From positions 768,001 to 832,000 of the forward strand of contig OZ253564.1 in assembly GCA_965262915.1 (NCBI GenBank): a DNA stretch of 64,000 nt, in the 5' to 3' direction. This document shows, one piece after another, positions 19,574 through 29,608 of this stretch. Both the position numbers and the translations under genes were made by a program. Positions within the stretch are counted from its first letter, which is position 1; every line of letters starts with the position of its first letter. This stretch comes from Candidatus Spongiisociaceae bacterium. GTDB lineage: Bacteria; Actinomycetota; Acidimicrobiia; Spongiisociales; Spongiisociaceae. Below the pieces are notes generated by a model. The model saw only the letters and a program-made list of their open reading frames with translations. It was not told where the DNA came from and ran no database searches.

Positions 19574-20440
19574 ATGAATGTACCGGCCGGCCCCAAACTG
19601 CTCATCGGCTACGACGTGGAGTCCTGCGCTATCGGGGAGAGCCTGAGTCGCATCGAGGATCCCGCGAACCAGCTCTACCAGGCGATGGATTCGGGATCGA
19701 TCGAAGAAGGCTGCCGCCGGATCGTGTCCCTGCATCGAGACCTGGGAGTGTCGGGCACGGTGTTCGCCTGCGGAAAGACGGTGCTCCACGCCCTTCCCAC
19801 CTTCGAGAAGCTGGTCGAAGAGGAACTGATCGATATCCAGCAGCACACTTACAGCCATGTGCTCTTCAAGGAGGACGTGCAGCTGGGGGCGACCTTTCCC
19901 GCTTCTCCCACCCCTGCCCTCCAGTTCGAGGTGCGAATGGCATCAACCGTCCTCCGCGAGTACCTAGGCATCGAATGCATCGGGCTGCGCACCCCCCACG
20001 GTTATGCCTTCGGCCTGTCGGACCGCCCCGACCTCGTGGATGTGATCCGATCCGAAGGCATACGCTTTGTCAGTTCCTGGGCGCGGGATCCCGAGGGGAA
20101 CTCTCCGGCTCCGCTAACCAACCAGCCTCATTGGTACGACGAGGGCGGCGTGTTGGAGACGCCGTTTCAGCACTGGATGGACGTGGCGTGGTTCGAGTTG
20201 AAAGGGCTGACCGCCTTCGACGAGTTCACCAAGGTACTGCGCGAGGCGGTGGACTGGATCGTTGCCAACGAGGCGGTCTACGGGACCTGCTTCCACGACT
20301 GGGGGTTGGTGCGCTACCAGTCGGAGGAGTCCGGCTGGCTGCGTAACCTGGTCGAATATGCATTGGAGAGCGGGGTAGAGGTGATGAGCTACACGGACTA
20401 CTACCGCCAGGCCATCGGCCAGACGGCTCGGGGAGGTTGA
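19574..20440 (+). CDS. Polysaccharide deacetylase family protein
   Basis: GYDVE, QHTYSH, GLRTPHG, FHDW. Confidence 0.8.
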   Translation: MNVPAGPKLLIGYDVESCAIGESLSRIEDPANQLYQAMDSGSIEEGCRRIVSLHRDLGVSGTVFACGKTVLHALPTFEKLVEEELIDIQQHTYSHVLFKEDVQLGATFPASPTPALQFEVRMASTVLREYLGIECIGLRTPHGYAFGLSDRPDLVDVIRSEGIRFVSSWARDPEGNSPAPLTNQPHWYDEGGVLETPFQHWMDVAWFELKGLTAFDEFTKVLREAVDWIVANEAVYGTCFHDWGLVRYQSEESGWLRNLVEYALESGVEVMSYTDYYRQAIGQTARGG

Positions 20441-20444
20441 CGAG

Positions 20445-21362
20445 ATGCTGATGGAAGGGATCATCACACCGGTGGTCACCCCGTTCCACGCCGACGGGAG
20501 CATCGACCGGTCCGCCTTCGGCGAGATGCTCGAACACCTCATCAGCGCCGGGGTTCACAGCGTCATCGTCGGGGGCAGCACCGGCGAGTTCTACGCCCAG
20601 ACCCTCGCCGAGCGGGTCGAGATGATGGAGTTCGGGGTCGACGTGGTCCGCCGGCGGATACCCGTGATGGCGGGGGTGTCGGCCAGCCACACCGCGGACT
20701 GCATCACGCTGGCCACCGCGGCCCGTGACCTGGGCCTGGACGGTCTCCTCCTGGGTTCCCCCCCCTATGCGGCGCCCACCGAGAAGGAGAACGCCCTCCA
20801 CGCCCTGCGGATCGACCGGGCGGCCGGTCTCCCGATCATGCTCTACAACTACCCCCACCGGACCGGCTCGGACATGGGCCCCGAATACCTGAGCCGGGTG
20901 AGCCGCTCGCCCCGGTTCCGGGCGATCAAGGAGAGTTCGGGTGACATAGACCGGCTCCACCTGCTGGCACGGGAGTATCCGCATCTCACCATCGCCTGCG
21001 GGGCCGACGACCAAGCACTCGAGTTCTTCGTATGGGGGGCCCGATCGTGGGTGTGCGCCGGGTCCAACTTCCTGGCCGCCGAACACATCGCCCTGTACGA
21101 GGCGTGCGCCGTGAAGGGTGACTTCGAGCTGGGACGGCGGATCATGAAGGCCATGCTCCCGCTGATGACCACTCTCGAGAGAGGCGGCAAGTTCGTCCAA
21201 GGAGTCAAGTTCGGTGCCCGGCTGGCAGGTTTGCCTGCGGGCGTTCCCCGGCAACCTCTCCGCTCCCTGACCAAGGAGGAGAAGCGGGAGTTGGAACGGG
21301 TCATCCGCACGATGAAGACGGCCGTGCGCAGTGCGGTCGAGGGGGGATCGGCTCATGCTTGA
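20445..21362 (+). CDS. Dihydrodipicolinate synthase/N-acetylneuraminate lyase family aldolase
   Basis: VTPF, GGSTGE, LYNYP.RTG, IKESSGD. Confidence 0.9.
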   Translation: MLMEGIITPVVTPFHADGSIDRSAFGEMLEHLISAGVHSVIVGGSTGEFYAQTLAERVEMMEFGVDVVRRRIPVMAGVSASHTADCITLATAARDLGLDGLLLGSPPYAAPTEKENALHALRIDRAAGLPIMLYNYPHRTGSDMGPEYLSRVSRSPRFRAIKESSGDIDRLHLLAREYPHLTIACGADDQALEFFVWGARSWVCAGSNFLAAEHIALYEACAVKGDFELGRRIMKAMLPLMTTLERGGKFVQGVKFGARLAGLPAGVPRQPLRSLTKEEKRELERVIRTMKTAVRSAVEGGSAHA

Positions 21363-22872
21363 CCTGCTGACCAGAGACGAGTACGCGGCGCTGTCGTCGG
21401 CGATCATCCTGCCCGCCAACTCGTTCATCAACGGCAAGTTCCGCCCCGCCCTCTCGGGCGCGACGTTCATATCCACCAACCCGGCGACCGGAGAACCCCT
21501 TGCCGAGGTCGCCGCCTGCGGGGCCGAGGACGTGGACCTGGCGGTCCGCAAGGCGCGCCAGGCCTTCGACGACGGCCGGTGGGCCAAGTTGGCGCCGGCA
21601 GATCGCAAAGAGGTCTTGATCCGGCTGTGCAAGCTGATGACCCGCAACCGGCGGGAACTCGCCGTTATGGAGAGCATCGAGTCGGGCAAACCGATCCGGG
21701 ACTGCGACTCGATAGACGTGCCGGAGGCCATCGACACCATCAAGTGGCATGCCGAGCTCATCGACAAGGTCTACGACAAGTCGGCGCCGGTCGGCGACGA
21801 CGCCATGGCGCTCATCGTGCGGGAGCCGGTCGGAGTGGTGGGTGCGGTCCTTCCGTGGAACTTCCCGCTGCTCATCGCCGCCTGGAAGATCGGCCCGGCC
21901 CTCGCCGCCGGGAACTCCGTCGTCCTGAAACCCTCCAAGCAGACGTCGCTCACCGCCCTGCGCCTGGCCGAGCTGGCCATGGAGGCCGGACTGCCGGACG
22001 GTGTCCTCAACGTGGTCACCGGCACGGGACCGGGGGTCGGGGAGCCGCTGGGGAGACACATGGACGTGGACATGGTCACCTTCACGGGATCGACCGAGAC
22101 CGGCCGGCAGTTCCTCCGTTACTCCGCGGACTCCAACCTCAAGAAGGTCACCCTGGAGTGCGGCGGCAAGAACCCGTTCGTGGTGCTCGAAGGAGCGGAG
22201 GATCTGGACATGGTGGCCGAGCACTTCGTGACCGGCGCCTTCTGGAACATGGGCGAGAACTGCTCGGCCTCGTCCCGGCTGATCGTCCACCAGGCCGTGC
22301 GGGACGAACTGCTCGACCGGGTCCTGGCCCGGGCGGCGGACTGGAGGACCGGGGACCCGCTCGATCCGGTCAACCAGCTCGGTCCGCTGGTCGACGAGCC
22401 GCACCACACCAAGGTGTGTTCCTACCTCCGCGCAGGGGCTGACGAGGGGTCCGGAGTGCTCCTGGGAGGCAGGTCGTTGGGTGGCCTGTACGTCGAGCCG
22501 ACCATCTTCGACGTGAACGACACCGACTCAGTCCTCATCACCGAAGAGATCTTCGGTCCGGTGGCAGCGGTGACCACGGTCACCAGCAACGAGGCAGCTA
22601 TCGGGATGGCCAACAACACTCCCTACGGCTTGGCGGCCTCGGTGTTCTCGGGGAACATGCGTGAGGCTCTGCGCGGGGCACGTGCCATCCGCGCCGGCAC
22701 GGTCACCGTCAACTGTTACGGCGAGGGGGACATTTCCACTCCGTTCGGCGGCTACAAGCAGTCCGGGTTCGGGGGACGCGACAACTCCGTCTACGCCCAC
22801 GAGCAATACACCGAGCTCAAGACCATCTGGATCGATCTCAGCGACCGCTCCTTGGAGGAGTCCATCGACTGA
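21355..22872 (+). CDS. Aldehyde dehydrogenase (PuuC-like)
   Basis: PWNFP, FTGST, LECGGK, catalytic Cys in GENCSA, EEIFGP, PFGGYKQSG. Confidence 0.93.
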   Translation: MLDLLTRDEYAALSSAIILPANSFINGKFRPALSGATFISTNPATGEPLAEVAACGAEDVDLAVRKARQAFDDGRWAKLAPADRKEVLIRLCKLMTRNRRELAVMESIESGKPIRDCDSIDVPEAIDTIKWHAELIDKVYDKSAPVGDDAMALIVREPVGVVGAVLPWNFPLLIAAWKIGPALAAGNSVVLKPSKQTSLTALRLAELAMEAGLPDGVLNVVTGTGPGVGEPLGRHMDVDMVTFTGSTETGRQFLRYSADSNLKKVTLECGGKNPFVVLEGAEDLDMVAEHFVTGAFWNMGENCSASSRLIVHQAVRDELLDRVLARAADWRTGDPLDPVNQLGPLVDEPHHTKVCSYLRAGADEGSGVLLGGRSLGGLYVEPTIFDVNDTDSVLITEEIFGPVAAVTTVTSNEAAIGMANNTPYGLAASVFSGNMREALRGARAIRAGTVTVNCYGEGDISTPFGGYKQSGFGGRDNSVYAHEQYTELKTIWIDLSDRSLEESID

Positions 22873-23052
22873 CTCGCACGTTGGTGCTGGCCGCGGCGTC
22901 CTCACCGCGTGGAGAAGCCCCCGGGTAGGGGATGATGCGGAACAAGGAGTTCGGGCTTGTGACCCTCCTCGATCCTGGAGGCGGTGACCACACCACTACC
23001 TGGGCTGGGCGGCGAGCGGTGAGGAATCGAGCGCGGCGATGGCATTCGTCGG

Positions 23053-23793
23053 TCAGGGTCGATCATCGAGGAGTCGCGGAAGGTTTCTGGTCTCGTGTTC
23101 CAGCCAGGCCGCGGCGGCCGGGGATATGAATGACACCAGCTCGGTTGCTTCGCTGTATATCTGCTCCAAGGTTTTGGCGACTTCGGGCATACCTCGGAGC
23201 GTACATCTGAGGGGACCGATGATGGGTTCGCAGTGGGAGATGCGATTCCGAAGGAGGTGCAGGTAGGCGAGCCGGTGTTCAACAGCTCGGCGACGGTCCC
23301 CGAAGTCACGGCCGGGCGCGGTGAAAGCGTTGTCAAGTGCAGGAACCCAGAGGCTCTGCTCGTAGCGGGCACTCGCCAGATAGCGCCAGAATCCAAAGTT
23401 GAGAGCCGCGATGACCTTTCCGGGATCCGGACGGTACGACGTGTGCTCGGCACGCCCTATCGCACTTCTGATCTTTACTCGATCCGCCTTGTTGAACCAG
23501 TGATGCCTCACCCAACTCGGCTCGTCGAACCAAGCTTTACCGGGAGGACGACCGCTGACCTGAGCATGGTGGGCGGTCAACCGACGGTGCATGGCGTTCC
23601 GAACCAGTACCTCGACATGTTGGATCAGTTCCGCGAAGGACCCAGACACGGGCGCATTCCATGCGTAGAGGGCAACGGCCGCCGCAGGATCGGTTGTCGC
23701 CTGGCGAATGGATGCGAAACGTTGCACCGACACCAAGCCTTCGAGTTCGTCTGCGGTGAAGACGGATGCCGGGTCGGGTCGCGTTGTCGTCAC
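23053..23793 (-). CDS. Abi_2 (AbiD/AbiF-like) HEPN-domain protein
   Basis: ALYAWN...EVLVRNAMH, LNFGFWRYL, HEPN RxxxxH motif in LRNRISHCEP; GTG start at 23793. Confidence 0.85.
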   Translation of the reverse strand: MTTTRPDPASVFTADELEGLVSVQRFASIRQATTDPAAAVALYAWNAPVSGSFAELIQHVEVLVRNAMHRRLTAHHAQVSGRPPGKAWFDEPSWVRHHWFNKADRVKIRSAIGRAEHTSYRPDPGKVIAALNFGFWRYLASARYEQSLWVPALDNAFTAPGRDFGDRRRAVEHRLAYLHLLRNRISHCEPIIGPLRCTLRGMPEVAKTLEQIYSEATELVSFISPAAAAWLEHETRNLPRLLDDRP

Positions 23794-23821
23794 CTTGGCT
23801 ATCCGGGATCGTCGTCGTCGG

Positions 23822-24024
23822 CCCCGGTCTGGTGACTTCGGCCACCCCCGGGTTGAGTTCGTGCCGCGGGTCTGCCGGGCGTCGAGCAACGAGCATTGGT
23901 GCGGGTAGGGTCGTCGCCTGTCGGGAGTCTGTTATCCTATTGTCGAAGACCCCGGTCTGGTGGCTCCGGCCACCCCCGGGGTTAAGTTCGTGCCGGGGGT
24001 CTGCCGGGAGTTGAGCAGCGAGCA
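23822..24024 (-). ncRNA. Two ~75-nt structured direct repeats with a 54-nt spacer upstream of the Abi gene (candidate RNA antitoxin)
   Basis: 23822-23895 and 23950-24024 differ by 7 substitutions and 1 indel; hairpin GGUGGC-CG(G/A)A-G(C/U)CACC is kept in both. The repeats are certain; RNA function is inferred. Confidence 0.6.
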
Positions 24025-24083
24025 GCGTTATGGGCCCCGGGGCAACTCTCGCGGCAACCGGCCGACCACTTGCCACCGGCGTG

Positions 24084-24418
24084 TCAGAAGATGGTTGCGG
24101 CGGTGTCGACGATGTTGTAGTCGTCGTCGGTGATGAGCACGACCCGCCACTTGTCGAGGGTGGTGCAGGGATGCGATATCCCGACCCGGGCCGGGGTTCC
24201 CACGGGGAGGTCGGCGGCATTATCGGGCCGTACGAAGGCGTGCTGGTCGTTCAATTCGACGATGGGGAACGGTCCACCTCCGCCTGTGGGGAGAGGGTCG
24301 ATGACTGACGGTGAGCCCTCGTCGAAGCCGATGTCCCGGCGCCCGACGTTGAGCAGGGCCAGGTTGGGCACTCCGATGTCGATCAGGAACCGGAGACCGG
24401 TCGGCTCCACGCCCGTGG
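24084..24418 (-). pseudogene. Internally deleted remnant of a paralogue of the PLP aldolase/deaminase at 32861-34171
   Basis: TGVEPTGLRFLIDIGVPN fused directly to LALLNVGRRDIGFDEG...IVDTAATIF*. Confidence 0.88.
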
Positions 24419-24421
24419 CGG

Positions 24422-24810
24422 CCCTGTATCTGGAGCCGACGATCTTCGAAGTGGCCGGCCCCGACTCGGTCCTCATGTGGGAGGAGATCTTCGGCTCGGT
24501 GGCGGCGGTGACCACGGTGAGCAGCAATGAGACCGCTATCAGGGTGGCCAACAACACACTGTACGGTCTCGCGGCTTCGGTGTTCTCGGGGAACATGCGG
24601 GAGGCCCTGCGCGGGGCGCGGGCCATTCGTGCTGGCACCGTGACCGTCAACTGTTACGGCGAGGGAGACATCTTCACTCCGTTCGGCGGCTACAAGCAGT
24701 CCGGGTTCGGGGGCCGGGACAATTCTGTCTACGTCCACGAGCAGTACACCGAACTCAAGACGATCTGGATCGACCTCAGCGACCGGGTATTGGAAGAGTC
24801 GATCGACTGA
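24422..24810 (+). pseudogene. Diverged duplicate of the 3' end of the aldehyde dehydrogenase
   Basis: LYLEPTIFEV...EEIFGS...KTIWIDLSDRVLEESID* matches about 22485-22872; catalytic N-terminal part missing. Confidence 0.9.
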
Positions 24811-24905
24811 CCGTGGTCGGTGGTTCTCGCCTGGCCGTGTTTGCCGCTTGGTGGCGTGGTCGGTCCGTCGTCGTATTCCCAGCAGACGAGCGTTCCGGCG
24901 GTTCT

Positions 24906-24992
24906 GACGCCGCACGTGTGTCCGGGAAGGAGTCCGTGAGAGGGAACAGGCCGGGACGGAAGGTCTCGGACGAGTTCAAACGAGACGCGGGC
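24906..24992 (+). mobile_element. Possible IS3-family left-end remnant
   Basis: SD GGAAGGAG and GTG followed by RKVSDEFKRDA, like the IS3 OrfA N-terminus; similarity stops immediately. Confidence 0.45.
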
Positions 24993-25167
24993 AGATCGTC
25001 AACATCTCAGGCAACCCGATCTGCAAGACATACCATCCGGGGCGCTTCACGTCCTTGTATTGCCAGGGCTTGGCTACTGTGTTGTTAACCTCAGGGAGGG
25101 CTTCAGTGTCTTGGTGTGTCTGCGCCTTGGGCATTGTCACGAAACGAGGAAACGAGAGCGGGGCGCG

Positions 25168-28100
25168 ATGGCTTGGAGATCTCTACCAGCGCAACGAACG
25201 GCGCGGTGCCGCGGAGGCCGAGGCCGCCGGGCCGGGAGGAAACTGACGACGATCGTGACCGTAGCCGCGATGGTGATGTCGCTGGCTACGCCGGTGGCTG
25301 CACAGAATGATCCTCCGGCGCGGCCCACCGGGTTGAGGTTGTCCGCGCCGTCGCACGAGTTGGTACGGCTTACCTGGCGCAATCCGAGGGATTCGTCGAT
25401 CACGGGCTACAAGATCCTGCGCCGTCTTGCCGATTACACAACCTCTTTCGGGGAGATAGATACCGTTACAGGAAGCAGCGTGACTTCCTATGAGGACATG
25501 AGCGTTGCGGCCGGCGTCACCTACTACTACTCGATCAAGGCCGTCAACAGTGCGGGAGACAGTGAGGAGTCGGACGGTATGTTCGACCTCTACATCCGCG
25601 TGCCGGCGGAGCCGATCAACGACTCGCCTGTGGTGACCGGCAGCATCGCACTGACCTACACGGAGAACGGCACCAAGACGGTAGCCCGTTACCGCGCCAG
25701 GGATCCCGATAGTAACCAATTCACATGGGACCTAGAAGGGGAGGATGAGGATGATTTCAGCATCACCGACGGTGTGTTGGCGTTCCGCTCGCCGCCGGAC
25801 TTCGAGAACCCCACGGACAGGGGTGCCGACAGCGAGGACAATGACTATGAGGTAACGGTACGTGCTGACGACAGCCTTAACGTAGGCGAGTTGCACGTGG
25901 TCGTGTCTGTGATTGGTGTGGACGAGCCACCGACGTTTACGGCCGGGGATACCGAGGTTTCTTACACCGAGGACCGAACAGGCATTGTGCAGACCTACCT
26001 TGCCATGGATCCGGAGGGTGAAGAGATTTCCTGGTCGCTGTCCGGTACTGATCGGGGTGATTTCACTATCACCGGCGGCGTGTTGAACTTCGTGGCTCCA
26101 CCTGATTTCGACGCGCCGACAGATAGCAATAGGAACAATGAATATGTAGTGACCGTGGTGGCTTCAGATGGAGCCAAGACTTCTACTCGCAGCGTGACTG
26201 TGACCGTAGAAGATGTCGACGAGCCGGGTACGGTCACGTTGTCGTCACCGCAACCGATGGTTGATATCGACTTGACCGCGACTCTGAGTGACCCTGATGG
26301 GCGCATCACCAATATTGAATGGCGGTGGGAATTGCAAGAGGGCGGTTCGGGTCCGTGGGTACTTATCAGCAGCGCGAACTCGGATCGCTTCCGTCCCCGC
26401 GCGAGCGACGAGGATGACCGGCTACAGGTCGAAGTCCGCTACCACGACAGGCGCGGAGCCAAGTCTTTGACGAGTGATCCGACTCTGGTCGTGCAGTCTT
26501 TCCGTTTAGATAACCTGCCACCGGTCTTTGCTTCTCAGTCGTTCACACGTGCGGTGGCTGAAAACACTTCCTCGGGTCAGAACGTCGGTGATACGGTGGT
26601 AGCCACCGACGAGGATGTGTCCTCATTGGTATACAGCCTCAGTGGCGCGGACGCCGCAGCGTTCACTATCGACTCGTCGTCCGGTCAGATCAGGACGAGC
26701 GCTCCGCTCGACTACGAAACCAAGAAGACCTACCGCGTCAACGTGGTCGCCACCGACTCGTCCAGAGCGTCGCAGTCTGTGGCGGTGACCATCAATGTCG
26801 AGGATGTGGAAGAGCCCCTTTCGGCCGTCACCGGTGACACCCCGGTCGAATACGCCGAGGACCGCACCGACGCGGTGGCCACCTACACCGCTACTGACCC
26901 CGACGGCACTGCTGTTACTTGGAGTCTCTCAGGTGTCGATGCCGGTAGGTTCGATATCAGCAACCGCGGCGTGTTGAGTTTCGCGATACGGCCTGACTTC
27001 GATGACCCGGCTGACCAGGGTAGGAACAATACCTACGACGTGACTGTCGAGGCATCCTCAGGGAGTGATGATAGCTCCTTGCCTGTGATGGTGATGGTCA
27101 CCGATATAGACGAGCCGTTGGTGCTCACCGGTGATGGCTCGGTCCGATTTGCCGAGAACAGGAGCAGCAGCGACACGGTGCATACCTATGAGGCCGACGA
27201 TCCTGAGGGAGAGACCGTCGTGTGGACTCTGGAAGGCGCCGACCGTGAACTCTTCACCATTACTACGGGCGGTGAGTTGATGTTCGAAGCATCGCCGGAC
27301 CATGAGAACCCGACCGACCGCGGCAGGAATGGCTCCTATGACGTGACAGTGGTGGCTTCTGACAGGAGACATACCGCGGAGCGAGATGTAACCGTTACCG
27401 TCACCAACGTAGACGAGCCCGCCACGCTGACGCTCAGCTCGCAGCAGCCGCAAGCCGGCACCGCGCTCACCGCCAGACTGACCGACCCCGACGCCCGCAT
27501 CAGGATCAGCAGTTGGCGATGGCACAAGTCACCGAACGGGACAGACCCTTGGCTCGATGCCACAGGAAGAGGGGCGCGGTCGGCCCAGTACACCCCGGGC
27601 GAAGGCGACGCTCCACCAGACGGTGATGAGGGCCTCTACCTGCGGGTGAGTGTCACCTATACAGACGCGTTCGGGGCAAAGGCCCTCGAGTTGATCACGA
27701 CCCGGACGGTACGCGCCGAGCCACTCACGAACAGCCCGCCGGTGCTCTCATCGACGGACGGGAGGCGCTCGATCCCGGAGAACACATCCCCGGGCGAAGA
27801 CATAGGCGCGGCCTTCAGCGCTACCGACACCGACAGTGGCGACACCTCCCTGAGCTACAGCCTCGCTGGTACTGACGCCGGCTCGTTCGACCTTGACGCT
27901 TCGACGGGTCAACTCTCAACCAGAGCTGCGCTCGACCATGAGGCCAAGAGCAGTTACGAGGTCACGGTGAGGGTGACCGACCCGTCTAATGCCTCCGACG
28001 ACGTACCGGTCACCATCACCGTCGAGAACGTGGAAGAGGACGGAACTGTCACACTTTCGGGTGTGCCACCCGAGGTCGGTACTCGGCTGACCGCCACGCT

Positions 28101-29028
28101 GACCGATCCCGACGGCGATATCTTCGATCTCGCCTGGCAATGGCAGCGGTCCACCAGTCGCGACGGCGGCTGGAGCGACATCTTCGCCGCGACCTCACAG
28201 ACCTACACACCGACCGGCGCCCACACCGATTACGACACCGATTACTACCTGCGGGCCGTGGCCAGATACAAAGACGGATTCTCCCCCAACGACTCAGATG
28301 AGGCCAATGGCGCCACTCTCGAGATAGTGGAAAGGGTGCAGCAACAGCAGCGTGACACCAGCACCGGCACCGGCACTGACACCGACGACCGCAGGCCGAC
28401 CAGCAGCGGCACCAGCAGCGGGACTAGCAGCGGCAGCGGTACCAGCGGAACACAGAGGCCCGATCCTGAGCCTGAGCCCGACGACGACAAGGCCTTCTCG
28501 GACATTGACGACACCTCATCGCTTCACCGAGCGTTGCGGACGCTGTCTGCCGAGGACGTGCTGGACGGTACGGGCTGTGGTCGTGGTCGTCTATGTCCCG
28601 AAGATCATCTGTCGCGCTGGGAGATGGCGGTGTGGCTGATACGTGTCGTAGACGACGGTGCCGACCCTCGTGCGACACGCAGGTCACGGTTTGCCGATGT
28701 GGACGCCGATGAATGGTGGTCGCCCCATGTTGAGCGTCTTGCTGACCTTGGGATCACCGAGGGTTGCAAGGCCGAACCCCTGAGCTACTGTCCTGATCAG
28801 CCCGTCACCCGTGCCCAGATGGCCAGTTTCCTCGTCCGGGCTTTCAAACTCCCCAGGGCCGGGTCCGCAGGATTCGAGGACACCGCCGGAAACGTCCACG
28901 CCCGGAACATAGATGCGATTTACGCGGCGGAAATCACTATCGGCTGCGCCTCCATCCCGCTGATGTACTGCCCCGGCCGGTACACCACCCGAGCCCAAAT
29001 GGCAAGGTTCCTCCTCCGGGGTCGCTGA
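25168..29028 (+). CDS. Large surface protein: FN3, multiple cadherin-like/Ig repeats and C-terminal SLH
   Basis: Signal peptide, FN3 (PARPTGL..LTW..YYYSIKAVN), repeated A.DP.G..WSLSG.D...F.I, PDFE.P.D and LDYE motifs, SLH TRAQMA. Confidence 0.9.
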   Translation: MAWRSLPAQRTARCRGGRGRRAGRKLTTIVTVAAMVMSLATPVAAQNDPPARPTGLRLSAPSHELVRLTWRNPRDSSITGYKILRRLADYTTSFGEIDTVTGSSVTSYEDMSVAAGVTYYYSIKAVNSAGDSEESDGMFDLYIRVPAEPINDSPVVTGSIALTYTENGTKTVARYRARDPDSNQFTWDLEGEDEDDFSITDGVLAFRSPPDFENPTDRGADSEDNDYEVTVRADDSLNVGELHVVVSVIGVDEPPTFTAGDTEVSYTEDRTGIVQTYLAMDPEGEEISWSLSGTDRGDFTITGGVLNFVAPPDFDAPTDSNRNNEYVVTVVASDGAKTSTRSVTVTVEDVDEPGTVTLSSPQPMVDIDLTATLSDPDGRITNIEWRWELQEGGSGPWVLISSANSDRFRPRASDEDDRLQVEVRYHDRRGAKSLTSDPTLVVQSFRLDNLPPVFASQSFTRAVAENTSSGQNVGDTVVATDEDVSSLVYSLSGADAAAFTIDSSSGQIRTSAPLDYETKKTYRVNVVATDSSRASQSVAVTINVEDVEEPLSAVTGDTPVEYAEDRTDAVATYTATDPDGTAVTWSLSGVDAGRFDISNRGVLSFAIRPDFDDPADQGRNNTYDVTVEASSGSDDSSLPVMVMVTDIDEPLVLTGDGSVRFAENRSSSDTVHTYEADDPEGETVVWTLEGADRELFTITTGGELMFEASPDHENPTDRGRNGSYDVTVVASDRRHTAERDVTVTVTNVDEPATLTLSSQQPQAGTALTARLTDPDARIRISSWRWHKSPNGTDPWLDATGRGARSAQYTPGEGDAPPDGDEGLYLRVSVTYTDAFGAKALELITTRTVRAEPLTNSPPVLSSTDGRRSIPENTSPGEDIGAAFSATDTDSGDTSLSYSLAGTDAGSFDLDASTGQLSTRAALDHEAKSSYEVTVRVTDPSNASDDVPVTITVENVEEDGTVTLSGVPPEVGTRLTATLTDPDGDIFDLAWQWQRSTSRDGGWSDIFAATSQTYTPTGAHTDYDTDYYLRAVARYKDGFSPNDSDEANGATLEIVERVQQQQRDTSTGTGTDTDDRRPTSSGTSSGTSSGSGTSGTQRPDPEPEPDDDKAFSDIDDTSSLHRALRTLSAEDVLDGTGCGRGRLCPEDHLSRWEMAVWLIRVVDDGADPRATRRSRFADVDADEWWSPHVERLADLGITEGCKAEPLSYCPDQPVTRAQMASFLVRAFKLPRAGSAGFEDTAGNVHARNIDAIYAAEITIGCASIPLMYCPGRYTTRAQMARFLLRGR

Positions 29029-29089
29029 CACGGGGGTCTGACAAACACCCAGCTAAACCATCAAACACCGGCGACGGTGGACGACACGG

Positions 29090-29320
29090 GTGCCTCTGTG
29101 TATGTCAAGTCGCGTGCGGTTGAGACCTTATCGGTGTTGGGTTGATGCCGTTCGTTGGTGATCATCAGCCACCGGACGCGGGACGCGATCTTGCGTTTGA
29201 GGCAGCGCATCGCAGGGTTGTGGGTCCTGCCCTCGCCGATCTTGCGCTCGTAATACCGACGTTCGGCGCTGTTGTCCGTGCGGACCCTGGGTGAGGGCAA
29301 TGAGATGCAGTGATGTCGAG
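29090..29320 (-). mobile_element. IS110-family transposase C-terminal remnant
   Basis: LHLIALTQ / RRYYERKIGEGRTHNPAMRCLKRKIASRV, frameshifted; CTTGACATA near the end. Confidence 0.7.
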
Positions 29321-29608
29321 CACTGTGTTGACACCTGCAGCCTCTCCCTGATCTCCGCTATCGCTGTCACCCGTCTTAGGTCGAATGCAGGTTGCCGTGT
29401 TGACTGACAACTCATGGGTGCTTGGGTGCACAGCCGCAAAGGTAACCTTCCCCAAGCTCCGCGGGACACGGACGGAAACGGCTTGCCTGTGTGGGCTCGG
29501 ATCCCGGGCTTGGAGTTGCCCGACCAAGAGCGGCACCGGCTTTGCCGTTACGTTCAGTACTGGCAGGATTTCCTCGACCCGAACACCGACCTCGTCGTCG
29601 GCGGTGGG

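Noticed and set aside
20445-21362. Housekeeping dapA
   Set aside because: GSTGE variant and catabolic context with ALDH and ABC suggest a DHDPS-family paralogue, so no symbol was assigned.
23822-24024. Canonical CRISPR array
   Set aside because: Only two repeats, too long at 75 nt, and no cas1/cas2 or effector; kept as a candidate antitoxin RNA instead.
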